From Macrostomum lignano (Eukaryota), in assembly GCA_002269645.1 (NCBI GenBank), contig NIVC01003349.1, forward strand, positions 1 through 31,075: 31,075 nucleotides of DNA. Direction: 5' to 3'. Of the stretch, positions 1-7,843 are shown in pieces (position 1 is the first letter of the stretch; the number at the start of each line of letters is the position of its first letter). The notes under the pieces are model-generated. The model saw nothing but the letters and a program-made list of their open reading frames with translations. It searched no databases and was not told the DNA's origin. Position numbers and translations under genes: made by a program.

Positions 1-1357
1 CCCTGTGCACAGCTCACTGACTCACCTGTGCACAGCTCACTGACTCACCTGTGCCACAGCTTATATTGACTCACCTGTGCACATCTCACTGACTCACCTG
101 TGCACAGCTTATTGACTCACCTGTGCACAGCTCACTGACTCCCTGTGCACAGCTCTGACTCACGACTCACCTGTGCACAGCTCACTGACTCACCTGTGCA
201 CAGCTTATTGACTCACCTGTGCACAGCTCACTGACTCACCTGTGCACAGCTCATTGACTCACCTGTGCACAGCTCACTGACTCACCTGTGCACAGCTACT
301 GACTCACCTGCTGCACAGTGCACAGCTCACTGACTCACCTGTGCACAGCTTATTGACTCACCTGTGCACAGCTCACTGACTCACCTGCGCACACCTCACT
401 GACTCACCTGTGCACAGCTCACTGACTCCCCTGTGCACAGCTCACTGACTCACCTGTGCACAGCTCACTGACTCACCTGTGCACAGCTTATTGACTCACC
501 TGTGCACAGCTCACTGACTCACCTGTGCACAGCTCACTGACTCACCTGTGCACAGCTCACTGACTCACCTGTGCACAGCTTATTGACTCACCTGTGCACA
601 GCTCACTGACTGTGCACAGCTCACTGACTCACCTGCGCACACCTCACTGACTCACCTGTGCACAGCTCACTGACTCCCTGTGCACAGCTTATTGACTCAC
701 CTGTGCACAGCTCACTGACTCACCTGTGCACAGCTTATTGACTCACCTGTGCACAGCTCACTGACTCACCTGTGCACAGCTTATTGACTCACCTGTGCAC
801 AGCTCACTGACTCACCTGTGCACAGCTTATTGACTCACCTGTGCACAGCTCACTGACTCCCTGTGCACAGCTTATTGACTCACCTGTGCACAGCTTATTG
901 ACTCACCTGTGCACAGCTCACTGACTCACCTGCGCACACCTCACTGACTCACCTGTGCACAGCTCACTGACTCACCTGTGCACAGCTCACTGACTCACCT
1001 GTGCACAGCTCACTGACTCACCTGTGCACAGCTCACTGACTCACCTGCGCACACCTCACTGACTCACCTGTGCACAGCTCACTGACTCACCTGTGCACAG
1101 CTCACTGACTCACCTGTGCACAGCTCACTGACTCACCTGTGCACAGCTCACTGACTCCCTGTGCACAGCTTATTGACTCACCTGTGCACAGCTCACTGAC
1201 TCACCTGTGCACAGCTCACTGACTCACCTGTGCACAGCTCACTGACTCACCTGTGCACAGCTTATTGACTCACCTGTGCACAGCTCACTGACTCACCTGT
1301 GCACAGCTCACTGACTCACCTGTGCACAGCTCACTGACTCACCTGTGCACAGCTCAT
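1..1357. repeat. 23-bp minisatellite (CCTGTGCACAGCTCACTGACTCA)n, ~58 units, runs off the left edge; occupies intron 2 of the DUF4419-like gene
   Basis: Unit read directly. Recurrent variants CTTATTGACTCA and CCTGCGCACACCTC. On the minus strand the unit is GTGAGTCAGTGAGCTGTGCACAG. Confidence 0.98.
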
Positions 1358-1774
1358 AGTCAGAGCAGCAGCCGAAGGCGTCAGCCGTGAAGGGCAGGCA
1401 GGACACCGCAAAGTCGATGGGGATGCAGCGCAGGTCCACCACCGGCTCGATGACCTGGCAGGAGAACAGGTAGGCCAGCCAGCCGTGCAGCACGTGACCG
1501 GAGCAGCAGTTGGCGCTCTCGTCAGTCAGCATGCTCTTCCAGAAGCGCCTCACCAGGCTGTGCCTGCCGCGGTGCTCGAATGTGCTGATCAGCATCTCCA
1601 GGATCTTCTGGACGCCTTCCATCCAGGGCGTCTCGATGCCGTAGTCCTCGGAGCTGGTCCTGAGGTAGGCGCACACTTCCTGGAAGCTCTGCAGCAGGTG
1701 CTGCCAGTCCTCCATCTTGCCCAGCATCCGCACACCGTAGATGCCGCACATGAACTCCTGCTCTCGGAATGCGG
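1343..1774 (-). CDS. DUF4419-like protein, exon 2 (gene continues beyond the left edge)
   Basis: Acceptor TTCCCCGCCCCGTCAG| (AG at 1776-1775) is phase 1, matching the upstream donor; donor ACAG|GTGAGT at 1342. Translation EFMCGIYGVRMLGKMEDW...PWMEGVQKILEML...FWKSM...CSGHVLHGWLAYLF...VDLRCIP...ELCTG follows the DUF4419 pattern as I recall it (CGIPxVTLxGxxEDW, WxxxLxPIL, FW, SGxxxISGWIxxF, IDxxDIP, LxAG). Confidence 0.75.
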
Positions 1775-1896
1775 CTGACGGGGCGGGGAAGCAACGGCTT
1801 GAAAATTCGCTCTGGTGGGCCTCAGCCAGCAGTTTTAGTCCCGCCTGATAGCGCAACAGCTCACAGCTTGCACTCCACCAGAGCACTCCTGCAGCT

Positions 1897-2395
1897 CACA
1901 CCGAGCACTCTCCCATGCCGCAGGCAGCACACACCGAGCACTCTCCCATGCCACAGGCAGCACACACCGAGCACTCTCCAATGCCGCAGGCAGCACACAC
2001 CGAGCACTCTCCCATGCCGCAGGCAGCACACGCCGAGCACTCTCCCATGCCGCAGGCAGCATACACCGAGCACTCTCCATGCCGCAGGCAGCACACACCG
2101 AGCACTCTCCCATGCCACAGGCAGCACACGCCGAGCACTCTCCCATGCCGCAGGCAGCACACACCGAGCACTCTCCCATGCCGCAGGCAGCACACGCCGA
2201 GCACTCTCCCATGCCACAGGCAGCACACATTGAGCACTCTCCCATACCGCAGGCAGCACACGCCGAGCACTCTCCCATGCCGCAGGCAGCACACGCCGAG
2301 CACTCTCCCATGCCGCAGGCAGCACACGCCGAGCACTCTCCCATGCCGCAGGCAGCACACACCGAGCACTCTCCCATGCCGCAGGCAGCACACGC
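1897..2395. repeat. 33-bp minisatellite (ACCGAGCACTCTCCCATGCCGCAGGCAGCACAC)n, ~15 units, in DUF4419-like intron 1 (1775-2406)
   Basis: Unit read directly. Its length is a multiple of 3 and it lacks stops, which explains the stacked repetitive ORFs here. Confidence 0.97.
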
Positions 2396-2406
2396 AGACC
2401 ACTCAC

Positions 2407-3025
2407 AGTCCGGCACGAATCGGTACTTGAAGGCGCAAACGGCCGAGTTGAGGTTGCCCAAGTCGGAGGCCTCGGTGGAGCTGGAGAAGCTCCGCTGCAG
2501 CAGCGTGGCCAGCTCAGTCTTGTGCGCGGTGCCGCGGTACACAGCCGCCTCGATCTCCCGCAGCCAGACGCCCACGGTCGGCTTGGCCACGCAGGCGGAG
2601 ATGCTCACCTGCTGCAGGCTGCTCATTACGCTGATGTCATCCCGGCGGACCCGGTGCTCCAGGTGCACCTGCTGGCTGATGCACTGGGCGATGCAGTTCC
2701 ACCAGTCCTGAGGCGCCATGGACGCGATGCCGTGCAGCCGGTAGGCCATCAGCAGGCTGCCGGGGAAGCCCAGCAGGTCGATGACGTACTTCTGGCCAGA
2801 GTCTGAGTCGTTCTGCATCACCCAGTGCTCAGGCGACACCACCAGCTTCCTCTCCGTGCCGGCGTCAAACACAATGTCCGCGTTCGACTGGCGCAGGAAG
2901 GGCCGGAAGGCCACAAAGCCGCAGTCGGGGATGCAGCTGTCAAGAATCGGCTTCATCTTGTTAGAGGACAGCCGCTCCAGCAGCTTGTCCACAATGATAA
3001 TCGAGCCCTGATTTGACTGCGCCAT
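2407..3025 (-). CDS. DUF4419-like protein, exon 1
   Basis: ATG at 3025-3023, donor GACT|GTGAGT at 2406 (phase 1), GC3-biased codons. GSLLMAYRLHGIASMAPQDWWNCIAQCISQQV resembles the recalled DUF4419 AYNxHxxLxLxPDDVWLxIxxQ motif; LLQRSFSSST resembles the PxFSTTT motif. Confidence 0.72.
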
Positions 3026-3265
3026 TTGCCAGCCTGATTCAATGCTTGCCGAAGCAAAATCTGCGCTGGGGCAGCGGCGGCGCGCGCCCTCCGCCGCCTG
3101 GGGGACTCGCGGAATGCCCGTCTATGGCAGAAATCACAGATGGCTCAGATGAAAGAGTGGATTGCTCAACTGGGCAATGTCTATGTCAAAATCTACTCAA
3201 CGGCGACCTATGGAACGCATACTTGTGTGTTCTTCAAAATAAGGACGCCGTTCAGAGGTGCAGCG

Positions 3266-3462
3266 CAGTCGGGTGCCATCTGGCACTGTGGGTGCAACAG
3301 TCGGGTGCCATCTGGCAATGCGGGTGCAACAGTCGGGTGCCATCTGGCACTGCGGGTGCAACAGTCGGGTGCCATCTGGCACTGTGGGTGCAACAGTCGG
3401 GTGCCATCTGGCAATGCGGGTGCAACAGTCGGGTGCCATCTGGCACCGAGGGTGCAACAGTC
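3266..3462. repeat. 32-bp minisatellite (CAGTCGGGTGCCATCTGGCACTGTGGGTGCAA)n, 6 units, intergenic
   Basis: Six units counted; internal inverted repeat GTGCCA-TC-TGGCAC. Confidence 0.95.
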
Positions 3463-3597
3463 AGCAGCCTGCTGTTCCAATTGGAACTTGGCGGCAAAGA
3501 AAGTAAAAAGTACACAAAGTTCTCTTGGCTAACAAGTTGATTTTTAAACAGCCCAAGTGCGGCTGAAAGTGCATGTACAAGCGGCCCGCGGCTCGAG

Positions 3598-3603
3598 TTT
3601 ATT
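3598..3603 (-). promoter_or_regulatory. Candidate polyadenylation signal AATAAA for PQBP1
   Basis: TTTATT on the plus strand, ~90 nt after the inferred TGA at 3695, in an AT-rich patch. Confidence 0.4.
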
Positions 3604-3694
3604 TACGAGTACGAGCGTTAATTATTAAATGGGGAGTTTCGGGCACAGTTCGGGGAATAAACGCATCAGCTTTCCAACAGCTCCGCCAACTCCT

Positions 3695-4314
3695 TCAGTC
3701 CGAGTTGCGGCTGGCGGAAGGCGAACCCGTGACCTCCACGGGCGGGGCGTCCGCAGCGCCGCCGCCTCCGCCGCGCCGCTTCGAAGATTCGCCGCCGGCT
3801 TTCTTGGAGCTGCGCCGCGAGGCCTCAAGGCCGCGGCTCCAGTCGCCGCGCGGGCGTCGCTGTAGGCCGAGGGGTCCATCGGGTCCACAGCCGCCCCCCG
3901 CTTGTCGCCGCCTCCTCCGTCCTCGCCGCCGCTGCCGCTGCCGCCGGAGCTGCGACGTCGCCGCCGATGGTGCCGCCTGCGCCTGTGGTGGCGATGGTGC
4001 CGCTCGCCGCCGCTGCTGGAGCCGCCGCTGCTGCTGCGGCTGCGGCTTCGCCGGTGGCGCCTCCGCCGGCGGTGGTCGCGCCGCTGCCGCTGCCGATCGT
4101 CCTCGGCTTCGTCGTCGCCGCGGGCGGTAGCGGCGGAGGATGCGGCGGCGTCGCCGGACTCCTGCTGGGCGGCCCGGGCGGCCTCCAGCTCGGCTGCCTT
4201 GGCGGCCGCCTGGGCGGCCATGCGCTCGTCCTGGCGCTGGCGCTCCTCCAGGCGCAGCTTCTCCGCCGCCTCAGACAGGACGGCGCGCGGGTGGCCCGGA
4301 GACAGCCAAGAGAC
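3695..4314 (-). CDS. PQBP1: Polyglutamine-binding protein 1, exon 2 (apparent 1-nt deletion at 3852-3854)
   Basis: Acceptor TTTGCCCCCAG|GTC, phase 0. It starts VSWLSPGHPRAV, completing the WW domain (human VSWLSPHDP). An Arg/His/Ser-rich polar region follows, then DPMDPSAYSDA. Adding one C restores PRGDWSRGL (human [20 protein letters not shown]), and that frame closes at TGA 3697-3695. Confidence 0.85.
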
Positions 4315-4368
4315 CTGGGGGCAAATCAGTCTCAGTATCAGACTCGAATAGAATCTTTGATCCCCAGA

Positions 4369-4456
4369 TCCATAAACTAAAAATGGTCTGTCTGTGTCTA
4401 TCTATCTATGTGATCGATTAGAGAAAAAATGGCTCAACCGATTTTGTTCAAACTTC
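4369..4456 (+). mobile_element. Helitron-like (Lep1/DINE-1 type) 5' terminal fragment, in the PQBP1 intron
   Basis: A|TCCATAAACTAAAAATG, then a (GTCT/TCTA) microsatellite, then ATCGATTAGAGAAAAAATGGCTCAACCGATTTT. The 22-nt block ATCGATTAGAGAAAAAATGGCT is identical to the copy at ~18.87 kb. No 3' hairpin/CTRR end identified. Confidence 0.55.
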
Positions 4457-4465
4457 AGATCAAAA

Positions 4466-5055
4466 TTTCAGATCTCAGATCTACTCTCGCTGTTCTCACT
4501 GAATATCATATCTACTCTCACTGAATACCATATCTACTCTCACTGAATGTCAGATCGACTGTCTCCGAATCTCAAATTTACTCTCACAGAATCTCAGATC
4601 TAGTCTTACTGAATCTCAGATCTAGTCTCACTGAATCTCAGATCTACTCTCACTTAATCTCAGATCAACTCTCACCGGATCTCAGATCAACTCTCCAAAT
4701 CTCTTCAAATCTCAGACCTACTCTCACTGAATCTACTCCGAATCTACTCTACTGAATCTGAATCTACTGAATCTACTCTCCAAACCTCAGATCTAGTCTC
4801 ACTGAATCTCAGATCTACTCTCACTGAATCTCAGATCTACTCTCACTGAATCTCAGATCTACTCTCACTGAATCTCAGATTTACTCTTACTGAATCTCAG
4901 ATCTATTCTCACTGAATCTCAGATCTACTCTCACTGAATCTCAGATCGCCTCTTAATTAATCTCAAAACTAGTCTGACAGAATTTCAGATCTAGTCTCAC
5001 TAAATCTCAGATCCAGTCTCACAGAATCTCAGATCTAGTCTCACTGAACCTCAGA
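4466..5055. repeat. Degenerate ~22-bp minisatellite (ACTGAATCTCAGATCTACTCTC)n in the PQBP1 intron
   Basis: Near-perfect units at ~4790-4945, more degenerate elsewhere. Confidence 0.92.
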
Positions 5056-5097
5056 CCCAGTTGCAACAGCTCCACTGGAACTGCGCCGGCCACTCAC

Positions 5098-5637
5098 CTG
5101 CTCGGTGGCGGCATTCCAGTAGTAGAAGCGGTTGGTGGCGGGGTCGGCCACCTCGTACCAGTCAGGCGGCAGCGGGAAGCGCCGCAGCATGTGGTCGCGC
5201 TTGGCCAGCATGCGCTTGTCGGGGCTGAACTTCAGCCGGCCCCAGCGCTTGAAGCAGAAGGCGCTGCAGTCGTGCCACAGGATGTGCCGGTTCGGGCACT
5301 TCGCCGTCCGGTGCACCGTGAGCTCGTCATCGTCCTCGTCGTCAGTGTTCTCGTCATCAGTGGCGCCCGTGGATGCCGCTTTGCTCTTTGTGGAGGCGGC
5401 CGGCTGCTTCTTGCCGCCCGCTGCCGGCCGGGCCGCCTCCGGCTCCTCCTCATCATCGCGGTGCTCAGCGAACACCTCCTCCTCCTCCTGCTGCTCCTTG
5501 CTCTCAGCTCCGTCCTCAGCTGCGGCATCGGCGGGCCGCTCCTGGCTGGTGGCACCGCCGGCTCCTGCGCCATCGCCGCCGTCCTTGACGATGCCACGTC
5601 GCTTGAGGCGGGCAAGCAGGGCTGGCGGCAGCGGCAT
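5098..5637 (-). CDS. PQBP1: Polyglutamine-binding protein 1, exon 1 (N-terminus and most of the WW domain)
   Basis: MPLPPALLARLKRRGIVK matches the PQBP1 N-terminus (human MPLPVALQTRLAKRGILK). WW domain LPPDWYEVADPATNRFYYWNAATEQ. Donor CAG|GTGAGT at 5097, phase 0. Confidence 0.93.
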
Positions 5638-5751
5638 GGTGAGATGTTCAAATGCTCGCTGCTGCTGGGATCAGCGAAGCCGATTGGCGCATGAATATGA
5701 GTACCAGTATTAAAAAGGAAATCGGAAACTGAGATTTGTAATCCTTGGTTT

Positions 5752-6268
5752 GGGAGTGGGATCAGAGAGTGGTATTAGGGTGGGATGAGAGTGGGATCAG
5801 AGAGTGGGATCAGAGAGTGGGATCAGAGTGGGATCGGAGAGTGGGATTAGAGGGTGGGATCAGAGAGTAGGATTAGAGATTGGGATCAGACTGGGATCGG
5901 AGAGTGGGATTAGAGGGTGGGATCAGAGAGTAGGATTAGAGATTGGGATCAGACTGGGATCAGAGAGTGGGATTAGAGGGTGGGATCAGAGAGGGATCGG
6001 AGAGTGGGATCAGAGTGGGATTAGAGAGTGGGATCAGGGAGTGGGATCAGAGAGTGGGATTAGAGTATGGGATCAGAGTGGGATCAGGGAGTGGGATCAG
6101 AGAGTGGGATCAGAGTGGGATCAGAGGGTGGGATCAGAGAGTGGGATCAGAGAGTGGGATCAGAGAGTGGGATCAGAGAGTGGGATCAGAGAGTGGGATC
6201 AGAGAGTGGGATCAGAGAGTGGGATCAGAGAGTGGGATCAGAGTGGGATCAGAGAGTGGATTAGAGGG
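5752..6268. repeat. 11/13-bp G-rich minisatellite (GAGAGTGGGATCA)n between PITRM1 and PQBP1
   Basis: Unit read directly. Includes a tandemly duplicated 63-bp block (four 13-mers plus one 11-mer) at ~5836-5961. Confidence 0.96.
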
Positions 6269-6362
6269 ATAGAGAACGGGTAAAGGAGACACAAAGAGCG
6301 TCAGTGTATTGATAAATTCTGCTAAGAAATGCAGCAGACTTGCTGGATCTGCTGAACTCCAA

Positions 6363-6368
6363 TTTATT
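6363..6368 (-). promoter_or_regulatory. Candidate polyadenylation signal AATAAA for PITRM1
   Basis: TTTATT on the plus strand, ~320 nt past the stop codon; the only canonical hexamer I saw between the stop and the minisatellite. Confidence 0.4.
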
Positions 6369-6684
6369 TTAGCAAAAGTGGAACTGTAAATCAATTATAA
6401 AAGCGAGTAAGCACTGGGCTGCTGATGGACAGTCTCCACTACAGAGCTTGGTGTTGAGCTGCAGACACACAGATGGCTGAATACTTGCTGCTGAGACACT
6501 GGATGTTAATTGCCGGGAACAAATGCTTATAGGAGAGCTGGGAAACAAGAGCTGGTCTAACAGAGTCAAAAACAGGATTTTCTAAGTAAACTTAAGAAGA
6601 CTGGATATCGAACTCAGGACTCAGGGACCGTGTTTCGAAGGCCAGCCAGGTAGACAGTCAGCCGGCCAATCAGAGGCCGGGCCG

Positions 6685-7392
6685 TCAGTCGATGGGCGAG
6701 CTGGTCCACTGCTTGAAGTCCAGCTCCAGGTTCCGGCAGCCGATGATCACCTTGTGCGTCTTCTGCTGCTGCCCGAGCGTCTCGGCGGCCGCCTGGCGCA
6801 CCTCGGAGGTGTCCAGGTCGAATAGGCGGTCCCGCAGCTGCTGCCGCATGTCGTCGGTGACGCCGGTGAGGAAGAACTCCAGGCCACGCTTCTTGGGCGG
6901 CACCGGCATGTCGAGGGTCTTGAACACGGCCAGCTTGGCCTCCTCCAGGTCCGAGTCCGTCAGGCTGTCCACCCGGCCCGCCAGCCACTCGGCGCTGGCC
7001 GCGAAGGAGTCCAGGGTGGCCAGGGAGCGCGGGTCGCGGTAGGACATGAAGTAGAAGGCGCCGGGGGTGGCGCGGGCGCCGCTGCCGTAGGCGCCGCCGA
7101 TCTCGCGGATCTCGCGGTGCAGGTAGCGGGAGGACAGGTGCGCTGCGGCCAGCATGAGGGCGGGAAAGCGCGGATGGGTGACGGCCGGGCAGGGGAAGGC
7201 CTGGGCGCAGAAGTTCACCCCCATGGAGCCGACTTCGAAGTGCTCGAAGAGGCCGCCGCTGGCGGTTCCGGTGGCGCCGCCGCCGAGGTCGAAGCGCGGC
7301 TGCGGCGGCCTGGCAGCGGCTGCGTGGGCTGCGGCGTCGGCGACATCAAAGCCGGCCAGGAAGGCCTCAACCTCCTTGGCGCCCGTCTCCGG
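6685..7392 (-). CDS. PITRM1: Presequence protease, mitochondrial (M16C pitrilysin family), last exon
   Basis: Acceptor AATCCCCAG|CCG (phase 0) with a CTAAT branch-like motif ~30 nt upstream. Contains YLHREIREIGGAYG, FYFMSYRDP and LEEAKLAVF. TGA at 6687-6685. Confidence 0.93.
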   Translation of the reverse strand, partial: PETGAKEVEAFLAGFDVADAAAHAAAARPPQPRFDLGGGATGTASGGLFEHFEVGSMGVNFCAQAFPCPAVTHPRFPALMLAAAHLSSRYLHREIREIGGAYGSGARATPGAFYFMSYRDPRSLATLDSFAASAEWLAGRVDSLTDSDLEEAKLAVFKTLDMPVPPKKRGLEFFLTGVTDDMRQQLRDRLFDLDTSEVRQAAAETLGQQQKTHKVIIGCRNLELDFKQWTSSPID

Positions 7393-7439
7393 CTGGGGAT
7401 TGCGGGGTGACATTGCGCTAATTAGCTCAGGTGCAGAGC

Positions 7440-7787
7440 GGCCAGGCACTCGGGAGGGGGACGTCAGGCACTCGGGTGATGGGAGGCCAGGCACTCGGGA
7501 GGGGGACGTCAGGCACTCGGGTGATGGGAGGCCAGGCACTCGGGTGATGGGAGGCCAGGCACTCGGGTGACGGGAGGCCAGGCACTCGGGTGATGGGAGG
7601 CCAGGCACTCGGTGATGGGAGGCCAGGCACTCGGGTGATGGGAGGCCAGGCACTCGGGTGATGGGAGGCCAGGCACTCGGGTGATGGGAGGCCAGGCACT
7701 CGGGTGATGGGAGGCCAGGCACTCGGGTGATGGGAGGCCAGGCACTCGGGTGATGGGAGGCCAGGCACTCGGGTGATGAGAGGCCAG
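7440..7787. repeat. 23-bp minisatellite (GGGAGGCCAGGCACTCGGGTGAT)n, ~15 units, in PITRM1 intron 7393-7843
   Basis: Unit read directly; the left end has two copies of a longer variant containing GGGAGGGGGACGTC. Confidence 0.96.
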
Positions 7788-7843
7788 ACGCACCTTGGTG
7801 TTAGGAGCAATGGGATTTCACAATCACAGGTGCAAAGGCAAAC

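Noticed and set aside
1735-1752. MCGI as the N-terminus of a class II glutamine amidotransferase/asparagine synthetase
   Set aside because: It is internal to a spliced exon, the downstream sequence lacks Ntn-hydrolase motifs, and it fits the DUF4419 CGIP...EDW motif better.
1835-2430. Stand-alone metallothionein/keratin-associated or PQAAHTEHS-repeat genes
   Set aside because: These ORFs are translations of a stop-free 33-bp repeat in several frames, inside a well-defined intron.
3042-3058. U6 snRNA-like bits (GCTTCGGCAAGCA here; TATACTAAAAATT at ~18817)
   Set aside because: Only 10-13-nt matches, 15 kb apart and on opposite strands, with no ACAGAGA box or rest of U6.
3013-3540. Plus- and minus-strand ORFs of 82-175 aa
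   Set aside because: Mostly translations of the 32-bp repeat; the unique flanks show no recognisable domain or GC3 bias.
5752-6283. GSESGIREWDQR repeat proteins or a telomeric tract
   Set aside because: Repeat-derived ORFs; only one isolated TTAGGG.
7417-7420. Alternative TAG acceptor for the last PITRM1 exon
   Set aside because: Out of phase with the phase-0 donor at 7843; the CAG at 7395-7393 keeps frame and alignment.
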